Source: Felis catus
Lineage: Eukaryota
Direction of reading: 5' to 3'
Length of the DNA stretch: 64,000 nucleotides
NCBI RefSeq assembly: GCF_018350175.1
Contig: NC_058368.1
Span: 106,270,001-106,334,000, forward strand
This document shows positions 52,521 through 64,000 of the stretch, piece after piece (position 1 is the stretch's first letter; each line of letters begins with the position of its first letter). The notes below the pieces were generated by a model. It did no database searches. It saw nothing but the letters and a program-made list of their open reading frames with translations, and was not told where the DNA came from. The position numbers and the translations under genes are program-made.

Positions 52521-52760
52521 AGGGGTGCCTAGCTAGGTGGCTCAGTCTGTTAAGCGTCTAACTTCGGCTCAGGTCATGATCTCATGTCTCAGGTCATGCT
52601 CTCACATCTCAACTCATGATCTCACGGTTCGTGAGTTTGAGCCCTGCATCGGGCTCTCTGCTCTCGACACAGAGCCCGCTTTGGATCCTGTTTCCCTCTC
52701 TCTGCCCCTTCCCTGCTCTTTCTCTGAAAAACTAAATAGACATTTAAAAAAATTTTTTTT
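52521..52760 (+). mobile_element. SINEC with internal tandem triplication
   Basis: ctcaggtcatgatctca-like unit present three times. Confidence 0.9.
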
Positions 52761-53280
52761 CAGGCAGTGATTGCTGCTTCCCTTTGTCTTCTATCATTCT
52801 CATAGAAGTAGTTTTTTACCGCGCAGCTTGCTGGGCAAAATCCTGATCAATTTGAGTAAATCTGATCGAAAAATTTTTTCAGATAATGTTTCTAAGTAAT
52901 ACTAATAACTTTTATGCCTTGTCTCTTGCCCATTGAAGATTTCCAGACAACATCCCATAAGAATAAAACATTTTCTTAAACTTATAATAACTTCTAGACC
53001 AGAGATAGTAGTGAACAGAAACCTTGCTGCAGAATCCTAGACTTACATTTGAGTTCTGGGTCCATTCCTGTTCATCTGTTGGTCTTTGGTAATTTACTTC
53101 ACCCTTCTGGGCCATTTCTTCCCTGTGAAATAGGAATTTTAATGATCAATTTCAAAGGATTTCTGTGAGGAATAAACAAGCTAGCATTTGCAAGGGGCTC
53201 ATGGGGCTTGCTACATAGTAAATGCTCAATAAACATTGCTACAGTCATAATGTTATTAACATTATTATTGTGGTTATTTA

Positions 53281-53527
53281 TAGGGTTGTCATTATTCTTA
53301 GTGTTAAAATCTAGTTAACATAAAAGAAAAGTAGCCTTTGGTCATCCATGCAGGATGTAAAATAAATTTAATATGGTTTTGTTGACATTCGCTTTCCTTT
53401 TTTGTTAGTTTTTCCAAAGTAATTTGTGTCTGTGGCAGTCTGTGAAAGGATATGCTGGATGCAGACACCCAGAGTGCCTGAGGTCAAACATAATAAAAAT
53501 AAGTTCAGAGGAAGATCGGCAACCCTG
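53281..53527. mobile_element. Possible ancient hAT-type MITE
   Basis: Imperfect terminal inverted repeats tagggttgtc and ggcaaccctg. The candidate 8-bp TSD matches only 5/8. Confidence 0.3.
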
Positions 53528-53617
53528 GTTGTGTTGGTCAGATACCATTTAAGTACGTGCATGATATGTGTAATAATCGTTTTAATCCAATCACTGAAAA
53601 ATGCTTTTCTCTCCCAG

Positions 53618-53816
53618 GAGAACCTGGACTTCTCATTTCTCGAGTGACTGAGAATAATCCCTTTTTTGGTTATGCTGGGAATAAGAAGCACACAGAAAAG
53701 AAACTGCTTTGTGATGTTTTTAAGAAGGGAGATGTTTACTTTAACACAGGAGATTTAATGGTCCAAGATCAGGAGAATTTCCTTTATTTTTGGGACCGTA
53801 TTGGAGACACTTTCAG
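53618..53816 (+). CDS. SLC27A6: SLC27A6 coding exon 7 (199 nt)
   Basis: ctcccag|GA acceptor and CAG|gtatga donor. Encodes (G)EPGLLISRV...[29 protein letters not shown](R), the FATP/VLACS signature. Confidence 0.96.
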
Positions 53817-54090
53817 GTATGAAATAACATCGGTTGCACTGCTGGTTCTGTGACTGTGAACCGTGCTCTAAGCAAGGCTCTATGGAAACATTCTAGACGC
53901 CCTGGTCTTTACCTTCAGGGCAGACAGAGCGCTTTTTATCTCAATAATGTCTCCTCATTTAAAAATTCATGGACCATCTGTTGTTAGATTGAAACATAAG
54001 TTAAATCTTGATGTCAATTTTTATCATTACTTTAATGAATCAGTGTGGTCAAAATCAGTGAGCTCCTTTCGTTAGAATATAAAATAGACA

Positions 54091-54288
54091 GGGGCGCCTG
54101 GGTGGCTCAGTCGGTTGAGCGTCCGACTTCGGCTCACTTCATGATCTCACAGCTTGTCGAGCTGTCACGTCCGGCTCTGTGCTGACAGCTCGGAGCCTGG
54201 AGCCTGCTGCGGATTCTGTGTCTTCCTCTCTTTCTGCCCCTAACCCACTCACGTTCTATCTCTGTTTCTCTCAAAAATAAATAAACGT
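54091..54288 (+). mobile_element. SINEC
   Basis: Head ggggcgcctgggtggctcagtcgg and tail aaaataaataaacgtta. Confidence 0.92.
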
Positions 54289-54630
54289 TAGACATTTTAG
54301 ACATATTTAGACATTCATATATGTATAAAATATAATATATATAATATATAAAAATATATAATATATAAATATTTAATATATAAATAAATAAAAATATATT
54401 TATATTTATAGGTAAATAAATTTATATATTTATATAATATATATATAAATAAAAATATATTTATATTTATAAATAAATAAATTTATATATTTATATAATA
54501 TATATATTTAAAATAAATAAATATAAATAAAATATATAAATGTAAATATATAAATATATAAGATATATAAAAACATATGTTTATATAATATATATAAAAT
54601 ATTATATATATGTGTGTGTGTGTGTGTGTA
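54288..54630. repeat. AT-rich minisatellite: (ttagacat)x3, a roughly 61-bp tandem pair, and (TG)n
   Basis: Direct reading. Almost pure A/T from about 54315 to 54610. Confidence 0.9.
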
Positions 54631-55437
54631 TCTCCTCTGAACTTATTTTTATTATATTTGACCTCATCCACTCTGGGTGTTTAAATGGCAGGGTTGAAAC
54701 AGAAGCCAATCTGGTCAAATATGGTCTAATTCTTGACCTAATGATAAAAATGGTGAAACAGCCAAATTTATCTTTTTTACATTCCTTTCTTAATTCCTTA
54801 AGATTATTTTGGGCTTATGAAATTATTAGTCATGGTCTATGACTATAGAACAGTGAAGAACATACAGGAGACATTCAAAAACATGTTTGAATGAATAAAT
54901 GAGTCATACTTCTTACTTCCTCACCTTCTGGTACCATGTTATGTGCTCACCCTACGTAAAATTATTTTAACTGAAATAGAATATTCATTGGCATTCAGGG
55001 AACCAAAGGGGTTAATCCCTAGAAGTTGAAGGGGGTCGGTACATGGAGAGACCACTATAGCTTTCCTTTCATTTTTTTCTATCTCTGTCATTGGAGACAG
55101 GGAATGTTTTGTACTGAACTGTTAATACATCTCATAAATAAAGAGGGATTTATCATTCTTTTCCTTTTATGACATATTACCAAAAAACACTTTTCAGTAA
55201 CCAGTTTATACCAATGAAACACAGATAAAGTAATTTTCACTAAAACACTGATTCTGGTTTTGTTGACTTGTCAACAGTGTGCTCCCTTACAAATGCCTTC
55301 CGTTCGTTCTGAAATCTGCCATTGTGTTCAGTTACTAGGTACTGGCACGGAGCCACGTACAAGGCACTAAAACTAAAACTGGGTACCTACTTCTTCAAAT
55401 ATAGGTGTATTAATCAGAACTTCTTTCTTTCATTTAG

Positions 55438-55535
55438 GTGGAAAGGAGAAAATGTTGCAACCACAGAGGTTGCTGATGTTATTGGAATGTTGGATTTCAT
55501 ACAGGAAACAAACGTGTATGGGGTGGTGGTGCCAG
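55438..55535 (+). CDS. SLC27A6: SLC27A6 coding exon 8 (98 nt)
   Basis: catttag|G acceptor and CAG|gtatga donor. Encodes (R)[32 protein letters not shown]. Confidence 0.96.
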
Positions 55536-56700
55536 GTATGAATATAATTCAGGTTTGGGAAGAATTCTCCGAATAGAATGTGCCACATTTCTTCACTTCT
55601 GCAATGACTTACTAATGCCACATTTCATTTTTTTTATCAATTAAAATAAGTAGCTTAGTCTTGTCTTGGCAAGTGACTCTAGACCAGGCTAACAAATTTC
55701 ATGGTCCCATCAGGTACCAACTTAATTTTAATGTATGTGTGTATTTTTAGGTAAAACTTGGAAACTGTGGTCAGTGACTCACTGCTCGAAAATAGTTATA
55801 GCTCTTCCATAGTTTATTATTGTTCTCTTTATGACTAGAGTTTATACATGCTACTAAACGTGGACATGTTCTAGTTTAAATGTTTTATGACACTGACTTG
55901 TAGCTAAGTTGAGTCTTCTTCAAAAATAATTTTAAAGTCTGTTTGGCCTCATTTATCTTTGAAAGTATGCAGAAGAGGATTTCTCATGATGGCGAAAATG
56001 GCAAAGAAAAGTTACCAACTTGGAATTAGAGGATAGCTATGCCCCTTTGCTCTTCTGTGCTGTTTTGATAAACAACAATGTTTTCCAACTAATGTTTGTA
56101 GGTGCCCAGGACACATGAGGTGGGAGTATTAAATGGGGGGCAGAGGAGGGGATATTTACTCTAACAGACATTGGGTGCTGGAGGAAAGCTATAGGAGATT
56201 CTGATTCCCTGGAAAAATCCATAGGTGGCATGATCAGCAGTAAGTGATCTGTGGAATTAGTTATGGAAATGGCAGTCTAGTTTTTAAACTTGAAAGCAAT
56301 GTTGTCTTTTATTTATTTATTTATTTTTTTGCATTGACTCTTAACATGGATATATTTCTGGAATATATTCACCAGTAAATAAATGTCTCCTCTTAATATT
56401 TTACATTAATGGTTGTAGGATGTAAACTAGGGGTTATTTATGGTGTTTTCCACCCCATCTATTTCATTTTTGTGGTGTGGATGATTAAGAATAGAGTCTA
56501 CCGTTCCCTGTTTATAACTTATTTCTGGGGAGCAAATCATATGCTCCAGGAAGGACCCACTCATTTATGCTACTGTTGCATTGTTATTGCTGTGACACAA
56601 TTAATGTCTCTATTTGCAACAATTAGTATATAATTAACAGGACCGTTTTAAAAATCACCTAGTACCTGTAAAATGAATGCTATTTCCAACTTTTTTTCAG

Positions 56701-56831
56701 ATTATGAAGGAAAAGCAGGAATGGCTTCTATTACTTTAAAACCAAATAAGTCGTTAGACTTGGAGAAAGTTTATGAACAAGTTGTATCTTTTCTACCAGC
56801 TTATGCCTGCCCAAGATTTTTAAGAATTCAG
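56701..56831 (+). CDS. SLC27A6: SLC27A6 coding exon 9 (131 nt)
   Basis: ttttcag|AT acceptor and CAG|gtaatc donor. Encodes (D)YEGKAGMASITLKPNKSLDLEKVYEQVVSFLPAYACPRFLRIQ. Confidence 0.96.
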
Positions 56832-57789
56832 GTAATCTTACTGCTTGACCTTTAAGAATTCAGGTAATTGTACTTGGGTAAAGACTCAACTGAACCACAA
56901 GACCAGGAATCCAGGAGATGGTCTACTTACAAAATAATATTTTATCTTTTAGATATTGTGAGCACTTTATTTCTATTAGAAAATCTCAAGAACACTGAAA
57001 ATCATTAGGATGCTAATTTATGCCATGTTCGAAGCCTAATTATAGAAGGGAGTGTGATGAAATGCTAGGATGTCTTTGTCTTTGTCCTCATTATGGGATC
57101 GTTTTGTGCCTCTTCACTCAAGACCTCAGAGATGGTTTCAAGCCAAAACTACGTCTCACCCAAGCCTTGTGAAGACATTTGGTGCTCTGTGCCTAAAATT
57201 ATGTTCCACCAAGCTGACCTCAAGGTGTCTGCAGGATGTGTGCAGAGCCTAAAAGCAAATGGCTTTAAGCACTTCTGCTTTTAATTTTTATCTCCTTCTG
57301 TCTACCCTCCCTCTGGGACTTTATACATTTAGGGATTGCTGAATGTATTTGTTTTGAGAGCTGGGCATTCTCTTGTTAGGTTATTAGAATAAAAAACAGT
57401 AAAAAGAAAATTTACTTAGCCACTGTATCAGTTTGCTTGCCCATTTATTCAGCCATTCATGTATTTAGTATTGTGAACCCAAAGCTAATACTTACCACCT
57501 CTTAACATCCAATCACATAGAGCTTTTCTGGATACATTTGTCGTATCACTGTTATATTCCTAGGGGAGCAATTGATGGCCTCATATTCATCTTTAAAGCA
57601 TTTGTTGAGCATCTTTGTGGCCTGTCATTACTTGGCCAGTGGGACACATCGTCTTAACTGTCATAAATACATATTTACATAATTTTCTATTTTTCTGTTT
57701 GTATACACTGCCTCAGATTATTTTCATTAAAATGCTCTGAAATACTAAAGGTAAGCGGATGCAAAGCAGAAGGAACACATTCTCAACTG

Positions 57790-57992
57790 GAATTTTTAGT
57801 GAGATCATTGTAGAATGATCTACAATGTATAACATTCTTACATGCTGTTGTGAGAAATAATACAGAAAGGTCCTGTGTGTGCTCATTACTTGATTTCCTC
57901 CAGTGGTGACATTTTTTGAACTATTATAACCTGGACATAGACAGTGATACAATCTATCCATCTTATTAAATTTCCTGCTTTACTTATATTCA

Positions 57993-58038
<46 letters not shown>

Positions 58039-58180
58039 AAGGCCTATACACTTTTATCACCCATGTTGCTTCATTCATCATTGACTGCCGTCAAGATATG
58101 AGCATTCCTGATACCACAAGAATTCTTTCCCTTTTATAAGCATATCCTACTTCCTCTTGGCCCTCCCCATACCACCCTAG
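57790..58180 (-). mobile_element. Old L1 (L1MC-like) 3' fragment with (TG)n at about 57997-58034
   Basis: ttgtgagaaataatacaga...tttcctccagtggtgacatt resembles an L1MC 3' UTR. Confidence 0.7.
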
Positions 58181-59344
58181 AAATAGTGTACTATAATGGA
58201 GTACACAGTTGATAGATTAAATAATATCTTAAACATTTTTCCCCTAGGGCACCTTACAATTCACTTTCATGAAGCAGAAGAAATATTTTAGCTTTGAACT
58301 ACTCTAGAAGTCTAAATCAGTCTTGGACAAACTTAGAAAATATTCTAGTGTCATTGAACACCTCAAAGAACTAGAGCCGTGACTATTATATTTATTACAG
58401 TATTTGTATTTATTACAGTATTTGTATTACAGCATTTATTACAATGCATGATAGTTGGCAGTCGAAATATTTATTTAACAAATGAATTCTTATAAATGAT
58501 GTGATAGAAGCAGAGCAAAAAGCATAGGTCACCTCTGACAAAATGAATAAAGCAACTATATTATCAAAATAAAATCTTATCGAAGTCTGTTTAGCACAAA
58601 TTAAAAAATGACTTTTTTGGCCAATAAATTTACAAAAAAAATTTTTATATGGTATTGCTCAGTATGGGTACAATGAAATTAAATGGTCCTTTCATTCTGC
58701 TTGTAGAAACACAAGGTGTTATAATCTATCTAGAAAACAATTTGGTAAATATATAATCAGACTCTTAGAATTTACATGTTTTGACTCAGTAATTTCATTT
58801 TCTGAAATATATCCTTAGGAAATAATCAAAGATGAACAAATGTTATATATAAAGATGTTCTTCAAAGTATTGTTTATAGGAATAAAAATTTGTGATATTC
58901 TTTATAAGTTAGAATAAGAGTAATGTTAATTAAAATGTTATAATTAGATGAGATCTTATTAAACCATTGCCTAATAATTTTTCATTACCTAATGAAAAAT
59001 TACCTAATCTGGGGAAATATACCTGGCACATTATAAAACCTTTTTTCTTTTAAGGTTGAACATCAATAGTGTAAGTACAGTGACCTTCTAATTTTCTAAA
59101 AATGAGAAAAAGAGTATGTGTTTCTACATAGATCTAATTCTGTGATGACAGTATTGGGAAAGGGTGGGGACAGTGAGGATGAGATCAGGGAAGGAGATTC
59201 ACAGAGAGCTTGACTCTTGACTTAGTTCGGAAGGTTGAATAAAAATGGCCATATTACTCATAGAACCTTTATAAGGACCTCTACATGGTCATCTGATTTA
59301 AAACAAGCTCCTGAAACAACCACAAAGGGTTACATTTTATCTCC

Positions 59345-59594
59345 TTTTTTTGTTGTGTTTTTTTAATGTTTATTTATTTTTGAGAGAGAGAGAGAGACAG
59401 AGAGAGAGAGAGACAGAGAGACAGAGCTGGATTGGGCGAGGGGCAGACAGAGAGGGAGACACAGAATCTGAAGCAGGCTTCAGGCTCTGAGCTGTCAGCA
59501 CAGAGCCCGACTCAGGACCCGAACTCACGAACTGTGAGATTGTGACCTGAGCCAAAGTCAGATACTTAACTGACTGAGTGACCCAGCTGCCCCC
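59345..59594 (-). mobile_element. SINEC
   Basis: Flanked by cattttatctccttt repeats. Confidence 0.92.
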
Positions 59595-59621
59595 ATTTTA
59601 TCTCCTTTAAATCCCTTAAAG

Positions 59622-60172
59622 CAGAGCTTCTGAAATTTTCTAGATTCATGGCATCTATAGTGTCTCAGTAAATATTTCCTGGCATTCTGCAGTCAAGCAA
59701 ATACCTAAACTTTGATTTATTCAGTATTTGGGTCAAAACAAATTCATAAGTCTAACACATTAGTTGCTGTTTGAAAAAAATAATGCATACAACGTGAAAG
59801 AAAAAATGCTTTTTTTTTTTAATAACCAGATGTACCAAAGAGATGTAAATTGGGCATTATACAACTCCTCAAACCCTGGGATTAGATCAGACTGAACAGA
59901 ACCAGCCTAATTCTTTGTCCCACATTGATTTTCGGCTGTACTTCCCTTTTATCATGCCAACCACTGAAAACCCTGTTTCATAAAGACATGACACCATTGG
60001 AAAGAATGTATCACAAACTACTATAGGAACTGTGAACTACCTTGAGCTAGTAGTTTGCAAGTGGTGACTGAGATGTCACAGGGTTTACCTAGAAAATTTA
60101 AAATATCCCTTGGACACTCTGGAAGTTCACCAGGGATACTGCAAAGCACCTTAGTGCAGAGTTTGGCAACCC
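59622..60172. mobile_element. hAT-Charlie-type DNA transposon remnant
   Basis: Ends cagagcttctgaaatt and cagagtttggcaaccc resemble Charlie terminal repeats. Confidence 0.55.
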
Positions 60173-60377
60173 AAGTATTAGATCATCCTTTACCCCTTCT
60201 GGTTTTTATCGAATTCTGCCTTATGAAATAGAATGTTCTCTTTTATAACTTCTATCTTCTTGGTGTCTAATAGCTTTCTCTGTACATAATGTACTGACAG
60301 TGAATTAAAGTGATAAGCCTGTGTGTTTTAGAGGGTTTATAATCAAGTGTAATTAGTTTTTGACGATTTTCATAATT

Positions 60378-60570
60378 CTTTTTTTTATATTTATTTATTT
60401 TGGGGAGACTGCAAGTGAGGGGGGCAGAGAAAGGGGGACAGAGGATCTGAAGTGGGCTTTGCTGACAGACTGACAGCAGTGAGCCACTGTGGGGCTTGAA
60501 CTCACGAGCCACGAATCATGACCTGAGCCAAATTCGGACACTCAACCGACTGATCCACCCAGGTGACCCA
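60378..60570 (-). mobile_element. SINEC (same subtype as 4535-4732)
   Basis: Shares the ctgacag-ctgacagcagtga duplication. Flanked by aatttt/ttttc(a/g)taattctt repeats. Confidence 0.9.
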
Positions 60571-60808
60571 ACAATTTTCGTAATTCTTACAGGTTGAATA
60601 AAGCTCAGCAGTAAATTGAGCTAAAGATTTCAGTGTTTTAGAGGGCATTTTAAAATTTCTAATGTTGAATTATTAGTAGTAAATAGAGAGATGGTCAATG
60701 GTTATGAAAGTGTTATAATTAAACGTTATAGTCTCATTACTGAATATTTTGTTTTTATATTTTAGACAATATTAAATGATTCCACTAATTCTGGCAATTA
60801 TTTTACAG

Positions 60809-60985
60809 GAGAAGATGGAAACAACAGGGACATTCAAACTACAGAAGTTTCACTTGGTGGAAGAAGGGTTTAGTCCACTGAAAATTTCTGACCCACTTTA
60901 TTTCATGGATAACTTGAAAAAGTCTTATGTTCCCTTGACCAAAGAACTTTATGATCAGATCATGTTAGGGGAGGTCAAACTTTAA
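60809..60985 (+). CDS. SLC27A6: SLC27A6 terminal coding exon 10 (177 nt including stop)
   Basis: tttacag|GAG acceptor. Encodes EKMETTGTFKLQKFHLVEEGFSPLKISDPLYFMDNLKKSYVPLTKELYDQIMLGEVKL, then TAA. The C-terminus and exon sizes fit SLC27A6 as I recall it, better than SLC27A2 or SLC27A5. Confidence 0.95.
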   Translation, partial: EKMETTGTFKLQKFHLVEEGFSPLKISDPLYFMDNLKKSYVPLTKELYDQIMLGEVKL

Positions 60986-61390
60986 GATTTTTTACGTATT
61001 GGATTTTCGTATGTTTTCTTAGGACAGGTGAGAGGACAGGAGAGTGTGATTCTTTAACATTAAAGGAGGAAGGAAATGGACATTAATCAACATATGCTGT
61101 ATTTTCTTTAATACGCAACAGCTTTTCTTTTAGTAGGAACTTTAATTTGTTTTAATTCAAAACAAACTCTGGTTGATTATTTGTTTTACCTATTTTGGGG
61201 TTTAGTGCATAACTAATATTTGCTTTAGTTGTGAAGATTCTAAATGATACGTAAGTGGGTAACAATTTAGACACTTGGTAAAAATGTACTTTTAAATATT
61301 TAGTTTCTAGTTTTGAAAAATGGGTTTATTTTTACTCCAATATTTTTATCTGCCCTGTCCTAAAACTCAATAAAATCATCTTCATTAATA
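60986..61390 (+). other. SLC27A6: SLC27A6 3' UTR (3' end approximate)
   Basis: AT-rich sequence between the stop codon and the poly(A) signal. Confidence 0.7.
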
Positions 61391-61416
61391 TGTGTTTTGA
61401 GGTTTTTTTTTTTTTC
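61369..61416 (+). terminator. Polyadenylation signal AATAAA with downstream GU/U-rich element
   Basis: AATAAA at 61369-61374, followed about 17 nt later by tgtgttttgagg and a T run. Confidence 0.8.
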
Positions 61417-63033
61417 TGATGTTTTTAATTATAAACTTCCAGTAGAGGGAGCTGGCCAAAATATATGCACTTCTATCGCCCTTCTCTTGAATTCACATTC
61501 AGATGATAGAAGAAACATAGAAGTGTGAGAGAGCAAAACAAAACTGGTAAGCTCGAAACATTTAGGAACTTTTGAAAGATACATAAATGGGATCAAATTC
61601 ATTACAAAATCCAACAGAGCTCTAGAAACCACTAATGATACAGAGAAAGAATGGACTAGAACAAGAATGCAGGTATTAACCCCAAGATCGGAGGCAGGAA
61701 AAGGCTTTGAGTGTGAGCAGACTTGTGAGTTGTTAACTGAGAACACTATCGCAAGGACAGGGTAATAAGCACCCTTGCACTTCTTTCAGTCTGGAAGTGC
61801 CAAGCTCCAAGGTGTGCTTCAAGCTAGAACCACATGAACAGCTCTCAGCAAAGTGAGCTTTCTCCCACAGGGGGCAGTGTGGAGCTGGGCTGAGAAGTGG
61901 AGCGAGCTCGACAGGAAGCTCCTTTGCCCGTAAACCGGGCTCCCTGTGCAACCAGAAGGAAAGTTGGCTTTGCCTCAGGTTGCCTCCCGTGCTAAAACGC
62001 GTATTTTGGTTGGAAGAGAATTTGCAGATCTTGTAGTTCCTTTTTGTCATTGTTGGAAAAACAAAGGTTATAAGGTTGAAATATGTTTTAATGTAAAGGT
62101 TAACCATAAGTAACAGAAATAAGAGGCCAAACTTTAGGATAAGGAAAACAAAAAAGAAAATATAATCAATTTTGCAAAAATAAAAAATTTTAAAAGAGAA
62201 AAAAAGTTTTTAAATGATAAGTAGAATGAATTAAATAAGTGTATTCTCCCACTATCTGAGAATGGATAAATGTTGTTTGTTAAAAAAGTATTAAGTGAAT
62301 GAATAAATTAGCATTTAATTTTTATACTGGTGATTGGTGTTCTTTACCTTTCCCATTAAAAAACTGCTTTGCCTTTATGTACATATTTTTAATTTATGGG
62401 TGCTCTTTACTGCAATAAATCTGAACACTTTTCTACTAATTCCTCTTTAAAATCTTTGGAGATTAGATCATGATGGTGAATTTAGCATACACATCTCACT
62501 CCCTTACCCACACCTTTCCTGTCAAATCCATTACAGTAAAAGACAGAATATTATGAAGACAATAATCCACTAAAAGATGGGGGGGGGCGGACAAGAGAGT
62601 CCGTCTTCTGTAGATAAAACGTTGTCAGAAATTACTGGAAAATGGAAAATACCTGGGATCAGATTATCAAAGAAACAACAGCAGGATGGGGGAAACAAAG
62701 CCTCACAATTAAGCAGTTGAAAACTGCTTCAAAGGCAAAAGAAACTCCAGCCACATTGAAAATACATATAAAGACCAAGATGGGCCCTCTGTGTAATTGT
62801 GACAAATTGAGATAGTGAGTTTCCCTGCTTTTCTCTTGATTATAAAAAATTTCCATCAGCGCATAAAATAATTCATGACATAAAAGAAAGAAAATAAGAC
62901 TGCATGACATTCAAAATGCCTTTCAAACAAAAGACACTAAGGATTTACGTTTTTAAAGAGTTGGGAAGTAAGACAAAACATCTAGAAACTTGGGGAAGGA
63001 AGTTGGCCACATGTATTGTTAAGAACAATTGTA

Positions 63034-63255
63034 GGGGCGCCTGGGTGGCGCAGTCGGTTAAGCATCCGACTTCAGCCAGGTCACAATCTAGCGGTCCGGG
63101 AGTTCGAGCCCCGCATCAGGCTCTGGGCTGATGGCTCGGAGCCTGGAGCCTGTTTCCGATTCCGTGTCTCCCTCTCTCTCTGCCCCTCCCCCGTTCATGC
63201 TCTGTCTCTCTCTGTCCCAAAAATAAATAAACGTTAAAAAAAAAAAGTTTTAAAA
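63034..63255 (+). mobile_element. Young SINEC_Fc
   Basis: TSD aagaacaattg at 63021-63031 and 63256-63266, followed by (TA)n. Confidence 0.95.
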
Positions 63256-63264
63256 AAGAACAAT

Positions 63265-63301
<37 letters not shown>

Positions 63302-64000
63302 ATATGAGAAATGGAACTCCTACCAAGATCCAACTTTGCTAGGATAGAAGCAGGGGGAAAGGAGGTTTCTGATTAAAATTAAAAAAAAAAAAAGTCCTTA
63401 AGAGAATATAGAAAAGAGACTTCCTCCTGGAGTGGAAAGCCTCTGATGTTAGAGACACAGAGATGAGGCTATTTCAGAAATAGAATGGTTCCCATGACTT
63501 CCATTTTAGCAGGAGATTAGTGAGAAGGACATTGGGCTTCTAGAGGGTTGGGGGCTGGAAATAAGGGGCATCTTAGTGACTAACAGCATGGATCTTTGGG
63601 AGCCAAATAAAACAATGGTTTTTTCAGAGACCACTGTATGGCACGTGACCCAATACACCCCCTCTTCTCCAAGTGTCCACGGCATACTTTTCAGGACATA
63701 GACCCAAAGGTGAGGGAAATGATAGGTGGAAGAGAAGCCAAAGTTACCTGAAATTAAGTGCTGCCATCTTGCTTTCCAAAATGTAAATTAGATTAATTCT
63801 GGTTCAAACTGATATTAAGTATCTTAACTTTTAATTCTTGATATGGAAGAGAATTGCAATAAAGGAACTCTCCAGATAAATACTCAGAGAATTGTCCATT
63901 AATTGTGCTTCTGAGGGTCTTCTAGTATGATTCATGAGGCACTTTCTTAGAATTGGCAGATATTTTGCCTCTTTCTACCTGTTTATGAATTAGGGCTGGA

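Noticed and set aside
60806..60814. NAGNAG tandem acceptors at exon 10 (also exons 4 and 7)
   Set aside because: The distal GAG/AAG acceptors are weak against the proximal CAG/TAG, and there is no evidence of use.
1..64000. CRISPR arrays, operons, functional tRNA or rRNA genes
   Set aside because: This is a eukaryotic intron-rich locus. tRNA-like pieces are SINE heads, and spaced direct repeats are TSDs rather than repeat-spacer arrays.

Overview
Mammalian genomic DNA, almost certainly a felid, judged from abundant SINEC_Fc-type carnivore SINEs and felid-type L1 3' ends. The window holds coding exons 2-10 and the 3' UTR of SLC27A6 (FATP6, long-chain fatty acid transport protein 6) on the + strand. 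Exon 1 lies upstream of the window. All nine exons have GT-AG boundaries and join into one open frame of 1379 nt ending in TAA at 60983-60985. The rest is repeat-rich intron. I see no new multi-gene system; most listed ORFs are repeat-derived or chance. The most interesting structures are: (1) an exact duplication of the exon 9 splice donor 32 nt downstream, behind an in-frame stop; (2) a 48-bp, 45/48 inverted repeat bracketing exon 7; (3) an L1 insertion that appears to carry two successive 3' transductions inside one target-site duplication (TSD); (4) a tailless U2 snRNA retrocopy with a TSD inside a full-length old L1, which itself splits an ancient CR1-like LINE; (5) two SINEs inserted at the same site, leaving a triplicated TSD; (6) several long palindromes. 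Repeat family names come from recall of consensus sequences, not a database search, and repeat boundaries are approximate.
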